DNA of 64,000 nt from a virus (Duplodnaviria > Caudoviricetes). Below are positions 45,401 to 56,300 of this stretch, one piece after another. How positions within the stretch are numbered: the stretch's first letter is position 1; each line of letters begins with the position of its first letter. The notes under the pieces are model-generated. The model had not been told where the DNA came from and ran no database searches. It worked only from the letters and a program-made list of their open reading frames with translations. The position numbers and the translations under genes were made by a program. The stretch lies in the IMG/VR virus record IMGVR_UViG_2706795740_000001, positions 1 to 64,000 of that record; one strand, written 5' to 3'.

Positions 45401-46240
45401 ATGGCAGGTACAAAGATGACATTGCACCGTTATGGTGGAGTGGAGTTTCAGCATTGGGCTGAACAGGAGATTATTGTAGATGACGCCTATCTTGCTTTAG
45501 GTCGCGGGCTATTCATCAAACTTGATCATAAGTACCAGATGGGGACAAGTCAGTTGGATGTGTTCTACAACGGAATGCATTTGCTTAAGGGCGGAGGCTA
45601 CGAAGAGATTGACTCGACCACTATTCGGTTGGACTTAGGGACATATGAGGGCGACACCCCCTTGGCAGGACGGCCCGTGCAGTTGTCATCTGGCGATGAG
45701 ATTTATATTAGGACATGGAAAGCCGAATTTGGACAGGGTAGCGGGAACATTGACGAATTACGCTTTAAGCAGTTAGAAGAAGAGGTAAGGCAGGCTAGGA
45801 AGTTCAAGGACGAAGACACATCGTATCCTAACTTAGATACTCGACTAGATTCTATTGAGCGGCGTACGGAAACCAAGACAATGGTATTTGTTCTAAGTAG
45901 GGTGTTCGAAGGCGTGGCTAAGTTTGTCATGCGCTTCCCGTATAATGGAGACATTACAGAGGTTTATGCTTCCGCATCAAATGCAGGAATAGCTGACACT
46001 GTGTTCCAGATTGAGAAATGTTCTCAAGATAGCTATGACAGCCCAAGTCCTTTGTGGGAAAACATCTTCAATGACAACCTGACGATTGATGCAAATGAAC
46101 GCTCTAGCAAGACTTCAGATAAACCGCATAGTGTTGCTATTACAAAAATCAATAAAGACGATCACTTTAGAATCAACGTGGTTGGGCTAGGAAAAGGCAT
46201 AGAAGGAGTCACTATTGAGTTAGTTGTAAAGCTGAGATAG
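45401..46240 (+). CDS. tail protein
   Basis: LDVFYNG..L...YEE domain; YPNLDTRLD coiled-coil motif. Confidence 0.7.
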   Translation: MAGTKMTLHRYGGVEFQHWAEQEIIVDDAYLALGRGLFIKLDHKYQMGTSQLDVFYNGMHLLKGGGYEEIDSTTIRLDLGTYEGDTPLAGRPVQLSSGDEIYIRTWKAEFGQGSGNIDELRFKQLEEEVRQARKFKDEDTSYPNLDTRLDSIERRTETKTMVFVLSRVFEGVAKFVMRFPYNGDITEVYASASNAGIADTVFQIEKCSQDSYDSPSPLWENIFNDNLTIDANERSSKTSDKPHSVAITKINKDDHFRINVVGLGKGIEGVTIELVVKLR

Positions 46241-46320
46241 TCCTACAACTATTCGGTAATTTCTAATTAGATTTTACGTGCGGAGATACACTGTATTTCA
46301 TAAAGGAGAGGTGAATACAA

Positions 46321-46680
46321 ATGGCTGGAACTAGGGGCATTGCTAGATTACGCGGCGAACAGTTGAATAATAAACTAATACGTAACAACCACTTCGATGA
46401 AGCAAGCAAGATTAATGAACGCTACTTGGACTTTGAAGAGGAAGAAGAGATTTTTGAAGCATCGGGCGGGGAGACCGAATACAACCTTGTAAAAGGCATT
46501 GCCCGACCAAAGACTGTACTTCTCTCCATTAACGGTCAAGTACAAGTCCCGACAATCGACTTTGAATTCAAGATAAATGCTCAAGGTAACATTGTAGGGT
46601 TCAACTTCGCACCAAACACTTTGAAGACAACTGGTGGAGTCCCAGATGTTCTATATATTAAGTACAAGAAAGTCTTGTAA
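46321..46680 (+). CDS. small tail protein
   Basis: SD GGAGAGG; SINGQVQ..DF domain; terminator follows. Confidence 0.7.
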   Translation: MAGTRGIARLRGEQLNNKLIRNNHFDEASKINERYLDFEEEEEIFEASGGETEYNLVKGIARPKTVLLSINGQVQVPTIDFEFKINAQGNIVGFNFAPNTLKTTGGVPDVLYIKYKKVL

Positions 46681-46730
46681 TTTCAGATAGACCCTAAAAT
46701 AGGGGTCTTTTTATTTTCTTACAACGCTGG

Positions 46731-46761
46731 TGTTAAGGATTCAACTAGGCATCTTATATTG
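46731..46761 (+). promoter_or_regulatory. putative phage late promoter
   Basis: TGTTAA-N17-TTATATTG. Confidence 0.65.
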
Positions 46762-46821
46762 TATTTAGCAATAAGAAAACAAGACAAGGCACATCCTTGC
46801 AAAGAATAAGGAGGTTATCAA

Positions 46822-47295
46822 ATGCCAGCACCTCAAGTTTCTTGGTATACTGCTGATAACAGTTCACAGGTGACACAGTGGGATATCGGTACAGTTGACG
46901 CAGGTTCTTTATCCCAAACATTCAGCGTATTGATATGGAATAACCGTGGCGGCTCTACCGCAGTATCTGATATGCAGAATTGTGTAATTACAACGAAAGA
47001 CTATTCAGGTGGTAATACAGGAGAGCTTGTTACAAATAATTGGATTGAAGTCAAAGTGGACTCTCTATCTGAGACAGGATTTACTGCAATCGGTGGCACT
47101 TTAGTAAAAGAAATTCGCGCTACGAAATCTGATACTCCTGCGGGCACAATTAAAGGGACGGTCAATGATGGTAACATTGCCACAGAAAATACCACGGCCA
47201 ACTTCAGTAAAGTCACTCTCCGTGCAAACGTACCGCCTACTGCAACTGCGGGTCTTGTGACATTTCTTACACGCGTCTCTTACCAATTTGTGTAA
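46822..47295 (+). CDS. Ig-like virion protein
   Basis: SD AAGGAGG; WDIGTVDAG motif similar to the C-termini of 48041 and 50963. Confidence 0.7.
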   Translation: MPAPQVSWYTADNSSQVTQWDIGTVDAGSLSQTFSVLIWNNRGGSTAVSDMQNCVITTKDYSGGNTGELVTNNWIEVKVDSLSETGFTAIGGTLVKEIRATKSDTPAGTIKGTVNDGNIATENTTANFSKVTLRANVPPTATAGLVTFLTRVSYQFV

Positions 47296-47336
47296 GGGAA
47301 GACAAGTCTTCAATACAATGAAGGGGGAAACGTAAC

Positions 47337-47939
47337 ATGCTTTCTGTTTTCAACGAGTGCAACGGGGTCTCTCCGGTGGCTCAGGACTTTATCTGGCTAG
47401 GTGAGTATTTCGATGGGACTTGCCTTGCTGAATTTGATTTGCAGACCAAAAAGGAAAACAGCTTCTATCATATCAAGCGGGACAAATTAATTCGTTTTGG
47501 TCTGATTGGGCATGGGCTTAAGCTGTTCTTCGAGAGTGACGGGGTGTTTAACCTTAACGGCACAGGTATTGAGGTTGTTTACAAGTACGGTGACAAAGAG
47601 TATCCGCTTACAGGACATAGTGGGCAATATTCCGATATCATTTCGTATAAGGATGCAGAATCTACTGTAAACTTGGCTGGCGGAGGAGTCGCAAATACTA
47701 CCATAAACCAATATAACTTCGGGTATAAGACAGTTCTAAAGATGGATGGAACAACATTCCAGTTCAAAGCGTTGTGTAAAGTGCCGTATGGTCACCCAAT
47801 GTTCATGCATTTTTGGCTAGTCGCTGACAAGAAACTTAACGGAGTTTTACAGATTAAAAAGAACAATCGAATCGTGGAGGAATTACAAGCCCCTCTCAGA
47901 AAAGGCGTGGGCGGCGAAGTCAAATTTGGACTGTCTTAG
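47337..47939 (+). CDS. hypothetical protein
   Basis: SD GGGGG; W..EY.DGT.L.EF N-terminus. Confidence 0.7.
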   Translation: MLSVFNECNGVSPVAQDFIWLGEYFDGTCLAEFDLQTKKENSFYHIKRDKLIRFGLIGHGLKLFFESDGVFNLNGTGIEVVYKYGDKEYPLTGHSGQYSDIISYKDAESTVNLAGGGVANTTINQYNFGYKTVLKMDGTTFQFKALCKVPYGHPMFMHFWLVADKKLNGVLQIKKNNRIVEELQAPLRKGVGGEVKFGLS

Positions 47940-48040
47940 GATTAAGGCAGTCTTTTCTATATCAAGGGCAGTGAATATAGCTGTCTGACTTTCCTGTCAG
48001 CAACGTATGAAGCCAAAGGATAATGAGAGAGGTCGATACA

Positions 48041-50938
48041 ATGGCTAACTTGAAAAATACAAAAATTGCAATCAACACAACAGGAGTAAACAAGCAAGTG
48101 TCCGGTAAAAACACCGTAGCTTTTTGGATGTTCTGGCGCGGTGGCCCAAACAATATGCCGTTTGGGTGGGACGGGCTTTTCGATCTCCTTGCCCACCCTG
48201 ACCATTTTGGGTTTCACACTGGACAAGGAGATTTACTGGGAATTCCATCTATAGGTTTAGCAAATAGGTGGGTGCATGTTACTGCTGTGTTTGCTAATGA
48301 AGCACCGAACACAGACAACTTTGAATTATATATTGACGGTGTAAAGCAGACCATTACGAAAATGCTTCCCACTAATCCCCTTAATGGAACAGCAACCGAT
48401 ATTGCCTATGTTGGAGGGTGGGGGTTTAACGATTCATATAACTTCAATGGATATATCAAGCATGTGAAGATTTGGAATAGGCGTTTGAACGAATCAGAGA
48501 TAGTAGAGTACATGAACCCAAGAAGCAGTGTACCGTTAACTAATCTTGTAGGGCAGTGGGACAACGATTTAATGGAAGACCTAGCACCGCAGTTTGATTT
48601 AGCACAGGCATGGGGAGCGGCTAGATTTGACCCCGCAGGTCTTTGTGAACCAAACAACAGTTACCCGTTTGATGATAATGGCGATAAGTATGCAGGGTTC
48701 ATTTTCCAGTGGGATTCCCCAATCATGTTTAAAAAATTGAGGTTTAAGTCCCATCCTAACTACCCTTGTCGTGATGTAGATATCTATGTTGAAAACCAAC
48801 TGGTTGTTAGTGGGGTGACCATCACTGGCTCTTGGATGGAGTTTGAAGGAAGTTGGTCTGGAAAATCTATCACACTCATTCGAAAAGGAACTGGCGACCA
48901 AACGATTCAGCAAGTGGAGTTTTTCGGAGAGTTGTTGATGAATTACGAGCCAGTCGTAAGGGTTGTAAGCACTGTCCCTGCGTGGCATGCTTCCGCTATG
49001 AGCCTGCTTCAGATCGACAATACTTTGGATGTAATTGGAACTACTGGTTACGGGGGTGATTCCATATGGCACATGAAAAGAACCAACCCTGTAGGCGGGA
49101 CTGTTGTCAATACAGAGACATACCTGATAAACGGGTTTAATTATTCGACATCTTATCCTGACAGCATGGTTTACAACTCTTGGAACGACCATTTGTACGT
49201 AATACATGATGAAAATCCCCAAGTGTTGTACAAGTACCGGATTAACAAGGATGGCGAAAATTGGAGTGTTGCACATGTAGCTGACTATAGCATTCAAAGC
49301 GCTCCGGGCGGAGTCCTAAATTCTTGGGCAGGAGCTAAGTTTGCCATAAACAAGCAGTCCTTTGACGGATACCTCTACTTACTTGCCAACCACCAAGGGT
49401 ACGCATTTGCAAAGCTTTACCGCATCCCAGTGGACACGAATAATGCTCTCCCTGAGTTCATTTGCGATATTCCATTCTACTTTTCGAACAAGCTGTGTAA
49501 TTTCGCAGTCACTAATGATTTTATATTCCTGCCTACTACCCAAACTCAGCTCGGTGTATTCAGCAGGAAGAATGGAAATATATGCCAAGTATTCCCTATG
49601 GAAGGCAATGTTGGCGGTTACTTTAACGCAACAAGCCACCAATACAACGGAAAAATCTATGTTTTGGTCAATGGGTACGGTTATGCTATGACTCAGCTTC
49701 AAGTGGAATACGAAGTTAACGTGAATGACTTAACTATAGCCCCCTCAGAAGTAGCGAGACAGGATGCCGCGCTAACTGCGGTTGTGCTACATAGGAACGG
49801 AAAACCATGTAGTTATAGGATACTCGTGAATGGGGATGAGAAAGCATCATCTGGTGTGGCAAATACGCCATTTAATATATTCGAGACAATCTCCAACTCA
49901 GATTTGGTTATTGGCGCTAATATGGTTACTGTTGAAGTAAAGGATATAGATGGTGTCACAACAACAGTTGCCACTGCGATAACCAAGACTAATACATCTC
50001 CTGACGGTAAAGTAACACTATCGAGAGCGACATGCCACAAAGAAAACATTGATGTAATGATTGACGTTAACGATGCAGAGAAGGATAAGGTAAGGTTTCA
50101 AGTGCTGTTGAACGGAAAGAGAGTGTATCCTGAATCTGGTTATACTTCTTACCTTAATGTGCCGTTTAGTTATGTATATACCGTTCACAACAAAGACTTG
50201 AATGTCGGGACAAACGAGTTGGAGGTTATCACTGAAGACCAGTACGGATACAAGGATACGGACATTTTAACGGTCACAAAGGTTAATAATCCGCCTACCA
50301 TTAAAGACCCCACATTAAAGGGGCAGATTGTATACGCTACGCTCGATGAGAGTGACGGAGATATGCTCAGGTATCAGATCAGTGTTAATGGAGTGAGGAC
50401 GTATCCGCCTGACATCCAATGGACGGGATATTTGAATGCCCCCGCTACTGTATTCTTTAGGATTCCAGACTCAAACATAGATTTCGGAAATGTGCACACA
50501 ATTAGCATTACAGCCGAGGACGATATGGGGAAGTCTAGTACGTGGGTGGTGAGTGAGACGATAGATTATGCAGGACTCATGTTTACGGACGAGTCAGGGA
50601 TGTACTATTCCACTAATTTGGGGAATATTCTCAAATACCTTGATGTAGGGACTATTGTGGCGGGGGAGACTTCTAGTACATTCAAGGTATATTTAAAGAA
50701 TACAATTGGATACAAGATTAAGAATATTACGCTCTATCCCGTACAAAGAGACCTTGACCCTGTAAACGAAGTAGTGGAAATTAGTCTTTCAAACTCGCCC
50801 TTTGACCCCAAACGACAACTTGAAATCACTGAGCTTGACCATAACGAGCAAGTTCCGTTCTACGTGAGGATTAATACAACACGGAAAGCCATTAGAGGCG
50901 GCCTTTTTGATATCAGGGTCATAGGAGACCCTGCATAA
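48041..50938 (+). CDS. putative receptor-binding protein: LamG domain, propeller-like middle, Ig-like repeats
   Basis: WVHVTAV, LYIDG, FNGYIKHVKIWNRRL. Confidence 0.75.
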   Translation: MANLKNTKIAINTTGVNKQVSGKNTVAFWMFWRGGPNNMPFGWDGLFDLLAHPDHFGFHTGQGDLLGIPSIGLANRWVHVTAVFANEAPNTDNFELYIDGVKQTITKMLPTNPLNGTATDIAYVGGWGFNDSYNFNGYIKHVKIWNRRLNESEIVEYMNPRSSVPLTNLVGQWDNDLMEDLAPQFDLAQAWGAARFDPAGLCEPNNSYPFDDNGDKYAGFIFQWDSPIMFKKLRFKSHPNYPCRDVDIYVENQLVVSGVTITGSWMEFEGSWSGKSITLIRKGTGDQTIQQVEFFGELLMNYEPVVRVVSTVPAWHASAMSLLQIDNTLDVIGTTGYGGDSIWHMKRTNPVGGTVVNTETYLINGFNYSTSYPDSMVYNSWNDHLYVIHDENPQVLYKYRINKDGENWSVAHVADYSIQSAPGGVLNSWAGAKFAINKQSFDGYLYLLANHQGYAFAKLYRIPVDTNNALPEFICDIPFYFSNKLCNFAVTNDFIFLPTTQTQLGVFSRKNGNICQVFPMEGNVGGYFNATSHQYNGKIYVLVNGYGYAMTQLQVEYEVNVNDLTIAPSEVARQDAALTAVVLHRNGKPCSYRILVNGDEKASSGVANTPFNIFETISNSDLVIGANMVTVEVKDIDGVTTTVATAITKTNTSPDGKVTLSRATCHKENIDVMIDVNDAEKDKVRFQVLLNGKRVYPESGYTSYLNVPFSYVYTVHNKDLNVGTNELEVITEDQYGYKDTDILTVTKVNNPPTIKDPTLKGQIVYATLDESDGDMLRYQISVNGVRTYPPDIQWTGYLNAPATVFFRIPDSNIDFGNVHTISITAEDDMGKSSTWVVSETIDYAGLMFTDESGMYYSTNLGNILKYLDVGTIVAGETSSTFKVYLKNTIGYKIKNITLYPVQRDLDPVNEVVEISLSNSPFDPKRQLEITELDHNEQVPFYVRINTTRKAIRGGLFDIRVIGDPA

Positions 50939-50962
50939 TGTGTTTTTAGGAAGGTGATATAA

Positions 50963-53290
50963 ATGAGTGGACAATCATCCTATCATGGCTTGTTTATTAA
51001 GAATGATGGAGCTGTATACGGGGTCGGCTACAACCACTACGGCCAATTGGCTCAAGAAAGGAATGTTAATACGTCCAATGTGAATTGGCAACCACAAATA
51101 TCTAAAGGTTTGTCTAATGTCAAGATGGTCGCACAGGGCATGTACCACTCCCTCATCTTGTCTAATAATGGGGAGCTATACTCTGTAGGATATAACTACT
51201 ATGGCCAATTGGGTACAACTGTAGGTTGGCGTACACAAAACGCACACCAAGACCCAGTGCTGATAATGGCAGATGTTAAAGAAATCGCCTGTGGGTATCT
51301 TCATTCTGTTGTTCTAAAGGATAACGGAGACGTTTACACCTTTGGTTATGGCAACTTCGGTCAGTTAGGGAACGGTAGTTATAATGATGTCTCTGTTCCT
51401 CAGAAGGTTGCCACTAATGCGAAACATGTTGGGGCAGGAAATATTTGTTCATTTTATATTTCACAGGACGACAAATTGTACGGATGTGGGTATAACAAAT
51501 ACGGAAACTTGGGGCTATCAAATACAGCCGACCACTACCAATGGACATACATCATGAGTGATATTAAACAAGTTGATGGCGGCGTTTACCATTCATTGTT
51601 CCTTACGCTTGATGGTAAGGCTCTTGCCTGCGGGTACAACTATTACGGTCAGCTTGGGACAAATGTGGGGGCTGGATTAAGTACTGCCTACCCACAACCA
51701 CGGGAGATAATGCAGGATGTTAAGCAGGTGGTAGGGGGAGGAGACTCCACGTATATTGTAACTTCTTCAGGAGATTTGTACACCGTAGGAAGAAGTAACT
51801 ACGGGCAGTTAGGTAGCGGTTCTTATTCTGACATAAACTACCAATTAAAGAAAGTGCGAAGCAATGTCAGGCAAGTGGCCGCAGGGTACTATCACTCTCA
51901 CGTGCTTGACAATGATGGGAAGGTTTACGGTGCAGGGTGGAACTTGTACGGGCAGGTAGGAGTGTCAAACAATACTGGAACTAATGCCCCCAACCCAAAT
52001 TATCTGTTTGTGACAGATAATGTTAGGAAACTATACGGTACTTTGGAGTCTGTTATTAGGTTCACTGACGTATCAGTAACCTCGTCATTCCATAAAGAAG
52101 ATGTTAGCCTTACTATGAATATTGGTCATGTAGCTAAGGATTTGGTCAGTTACCGTATTTTGGTGAACAACACTCAAAAGTTCCCAAACAAGGGGTGGAC
52201 TCCCCCACAAAATACAAATTTCATTCTGACGAAACTTCTTCCACATTCCTTCTTCGATCTAGGGGATAATGTATTGGCCCTTGAAGTTAAGGACTCTAGT
52301 AGTTCCGCTGAGGCCATATCATTCAATATTACTAAAGTTAATCAAAACCCCGCAGTAAGCCCATTGCTATCCTCCACTACGGTTCATAAGGATAATGTTA
52401 GAGTTGGCGGGAGTGTCAGTGATATTGATGGAGATAAGGTACAGTATCGTGTCCTTCTCAATAACGTCCAGAAGTACCCTACGCTCGGATTCACCGAACT
52501 TATGCCATCTCCTGCGAATATAGGGGTAGTAATCAACAACGCAGACCTCAGTGTAGGAGCTAACACCCTGAAGATCGAAGCCAAGGACGACTTAGGGGCA
52601 CTGACAACATGGTCGCAAGTAATAATTAAAATGAATACCGCACCAAACATCACAGGAGATGTATTTGGAAACTTCATCAATCTTCAAGTAGCTGACTCTG
52701 ATAGGGACAAGGTGCAGTACCGAATCATCTTCAATGGTGTTCAGCTATATCCGCAAGACGGGTATACTGAATATGCACAAACCCCTTTTGATATCAAGTA
52801 TACTATCCCAAGACAGCTTGTTAAAAAAGGGATAAACAATACAGTACGTGTCGAAACAGTTGATGAGCTAAACGGATATAAGGCTTGGGAGAAGAATTTC
52901 ACAGGTGCATACTCCGGTCTTATGTTTTGTGATGCGACTGAGACATTTTATTCGGATGATTTCGGTGACATTTTGAAGTACCTAGATTTCGGGACGATAG
53001 TGGCAGGCCAGACCACTGCGGCAGAGCGTGTCTTTATCAAGAATACCCTCGGCTATCCTGTAGAGAATCTTCGCATATGGGTTAACCACAGAGAACTTGA
53101 TGGGCTGAACGCTAAGGCAGAAATAAGTAAGCTAGATGCCCCATTTCAAGCCCTTCCTGAGTTAAAATACGTTGAGAGAATTAATCACAATGAGAAGATT
53201 AGCTTCTATGTAAGAGTAGCAACTACAAGACAAGCTATGTGGGGCGGAATGTTTGACGTTCTAACCAAGGCTGACCCTGCTATGGGCTAA
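50963..53290 (+). CDS. putative receptor-binding protein: RCC1 repeats plus Ig-like repeats
   Basis: seven GYNxYGQLG-like repeats. Confidence 0.88.
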   Translation: MSGQSSYHGLFIKNDGAVYGVGYNHYGQLAQERNVNTSNVNWQPQISKGLSNVKMVAQGMYHSLILSNNGELYSVGYNYYGQLGTTVGWRTQNAHQDPVLIMADVKEIACGYLHSVVLKDNGDVYTFGYGNFGQLGNGSYNDVSVPQKVATNAKHVGAGNICSFYISQDDKLYGCGYNKYGNLGLSNTADHYQWTYIMSDIKQVDGGVYHSLFLTLDGKALACGYNYYGQLGTNVGAGLSTAYPQPREIMQDVKQVVGGGDSTYIVTSSGDLYTVGRSNYGQLGSGSYSDINYQLKKVRSNVRQVAAGYYHSHVLDNDGKVYGAGWNLYGQVGVSNNTGTNAPNPNYLFVTDNVRKLYGTLESVIRFTDVSVTSSFHKEDVSLTMNIGHVAKDLVSYRILVNNTQKFPNKGWTPPQNTNFILTKLLPHSFFDLGDNVLALEVKDSSSSAEAISFNITKVNQNPAVSPLLSSTTVHKDNVRVGGSVSDIDGDKVQYRVLLNNVQKYPTLGFTELMPSPANIGVVINNADLSVGANTLKIEAKDDLGALTTWSQVIIKMNTAPNITGDVFGNFINLQVADSDRDKVQYRIIFNGVQLYPQDGYTEYAQTPFDIKYTIPRQLVKKGINNTVRVETVDELNGYKAWEKNFTGAYSGLMFCDATETFYSDDFGDILKYLDFGTIVAGQTTAAERVFIKNTLGYPVENLRIWVNHRELDGLNAKAEISKLDAPFQALPELKYVERINHNEKISFYVRVATTRQAMWGGMFDVLTKADPAMG

Positions 53291-53391
53291 AAAATACCCT
53301 TGCCACCTTATAATGGTTGGTGAGGGTTTTTCATTTGTCCCAATGCAATGGGAAAAGGATTTCTCAATACAATGGGAACGGAAGTGAAGCA

Positions 53392-56300
53392 ATGGATAAT
53401 GTATTTAAGCCCAGTGACGAAGATTCGCCTTCTGGCGTTTATGCCGTTTCCTCTGATAACAATGACCTTGAAATGAATCTCCGGGTACGTAGTGATTACA
53501 GCGAGGTTATAGATATTACCGGGGTAGTTTTTGGTTACGATAAGAAGTCTGAGATAACTGTCAAAGCTAATCGTATCAGTGACATAGGCGGTCGAATCGG
53601 GGTACGTCTTCGTAGTCAAATGACGGGCAATACTGACATCTTGGGAACGGGCGATAATGATGTTGTATCTGGCATTGATGTAAAGCAAGTATCTAATTTG
53701 CCTTCGGTGTTAGGCGTAGCACCTTCCAACCCCATGACAGCAATCGTGGACATTCAACAGCCTGCAAGAATCACTGATGCAATCACAGCAAAACGTGATG
53801 CATTTATTCGGGAAGGCCTGCCCAAGTTGAACTATGGCGGGGAGCAGACGTTGAGTGTTGGCCACAGCGCTACTAGAAGAGAAGTGTTTCGTAGCTTAAT
53901 CGGGTTCGATATTCAGAACATCATATCTCTGAATTCCGACTACAAACTTGAGAAGATTGTACTAAAGCTGAAGCATTCTATCGGCAGAACTCCGACAATT
54001 CCACTTGAACTGAGGGCTGTGAGTGGTACATGGACAGAGTACGGAGTAACTTGGAACAACCAACCATTAAGCGGCGATGTGGTGAGTGTCGGAGGCTTTG
54101 ATGCTAATGACGAGAAAGGCTTCATCACTTTCAATATCACCCCATTTATCAATCAAGCCAAAGAGCAGGGCATTGGTGTTGTTGATTTCTACCTTCGAGC
54201 GGTAGATGAATCTGACAGTGTTGTTCAGTTCTTTTCAATAGAAGCGGGGTTAAGTCTTGCACCTACAATTGAATACACTTACTTTGATGAAGTGGTCAGA
54301 AGCACGGGCCGTTCGAACCTTGACTCGGAAATTTTGGTAATGCATCCAAGAGAGCTTGATCTGTTAGGTAGAATAAACGTCCACAAACATCCGGGCTTCG
54401 ATGACACAGATTCAAAAATCATGGTTACGCCATCCGGTAAACGCTTTGAGAACTTCCCTAGCAGAATTATTGTCAGTCGTCCAGAAATGTCGGTCAAAGG
54501 AACAATCAGGAGAACAGAATGGACAGGCATTACAACTCAAATGTTCGTAAGAGAGGCTGGACTGCATGACATTGATGTCTGCACTGTTACAGTGTCCAAG
54601 CCATCTTTGCCATCGAGCATGTATGTACTATACAGGGATGATGCACCATCTCAATTGAATGTTCGAGTATGGGAAGAAGACGACTTGTTCAGTTGGGGGC
54701 TGGTAAACACCAGAGAGCGTCCCGCGACAATCAATGTAAGACCTTACGTCAGCTTGAACAGCAAAATTACTGTAAGACGGAACATTGATAATGACTTGAA
54801 ATCTGTGTTTAGTGTCAGTGAGCGCGTCCGTGTTGGCCATATTTACGTATTGTACCGTAGCAATCTTCTTTCATCTGTTACCGCACAGGGTGGGGATAAC
54901 AGCAACATATCATCGAGTATTATTGCAAACCAAGTCCAGTTATCAGGGATGCTTAAGGTCAATCCATACTACGATTTCAAGTGCCGTATTGCAGTAAGGT
55001 ACTCGAAATTGACGACTATCAATGGCGAACTGTTCGTCTCAAGGCCTCAGATGGCTGGTAGCATCTTCCCAATAATCCATAACAGTTTGGATGGAAGTAT
55101 TACTGTAAGGCAAAATGCTGGAGGAGAGTTGCAATCTAGCATCTACGCTTTGAACAGAAGCAACATTCCATCTCTAATAGAAATTTGTGGAGCAAGCAAG
55201 ATACTTTCCAGCATTCATGTGCTTTCAGGGAACTTGTTCAGCAGAATCAGCATACCTCGCTACGATAACGAAGATGTGCTTTTCAATTTCATTGTAAGAC
55301 AGAAGATGGCAAGTGATGTTGATTCACAAATTAATGTAGCTACATTTAGTCTACTTGATGGCTCTATTGCTGTTAGACAGAACGTTGATAAAGAATTGGA
55401 TAGTAAAATCAGAGTGAAGCAGACCGAGCGTAGCGATTTACCTACAAGCGTAGAGGTTTGGATTATCAGCGACAAAAAAAGCACTATCACTGCCCGTAGG
55501 TCAGATACGAAAGACATCAAGTCTTCAGTTTACGTCCTGTCTCATGCAGATATTTTGTGTCGAATCCACGTCCAAAATCGTTCCGATCTGAAGGGTAAAA
55601 TCCTTCCGATGCACAGAGGTAACTCTGATCTCCCATCCATGATGCAAGCCAAGATTCCTGCCTACAGTGACATTGAATCTATGCTGAATGTTACGCAGGG
55701 CGGGTCAAGGGATATTGTCTCTACATTAGGGGTTGCTCCGACTGGAAAAATGACAGCAATCGTGGATATAGTTCAGCCAGTACGTGAGCAAATAACTCTG
55801 ACAGTAGTCAAGGATGCTTACGTACGAGAAGACGTTCCAACCCTGAACTATGGGGAAGACACTTCATTTGCGGTAGGCGACTACAACAGCAAGAAGCTAC
55901 GCTCATTGCTCGGATTCGACATCTCTAAGCTGAAAGCTGGCCATGAGATAGATAAGGTCGAACTCAAGCTATACTATGGTCAAAAACCTACCAAGGCACT
56001 ACGTTTGATGGGAGTTAAGGGTAAATGGACGGAGACCGGAGTAACATGGGATAATCAACCTTCAGTTGCTAACGAGATTGCAACAAAGTACCTGACAAAT
56101 AGCAATGAAGGGTATGCGGCTTTCGATGTTACCCAGTACATCATTGATAACTACAAGGCGGGGAGCATCTTAGTTGATTTCTTCCTTGTGGCGGCTGATG
56201 AGGCTGAAGGAAAATATGAGTACTTCTTCTCTAAGGAATCCCAGACTTATGCTCCTGAGTTACAGGTAACGTACTACGACCCTACGGTTTGGAGTTTTGG

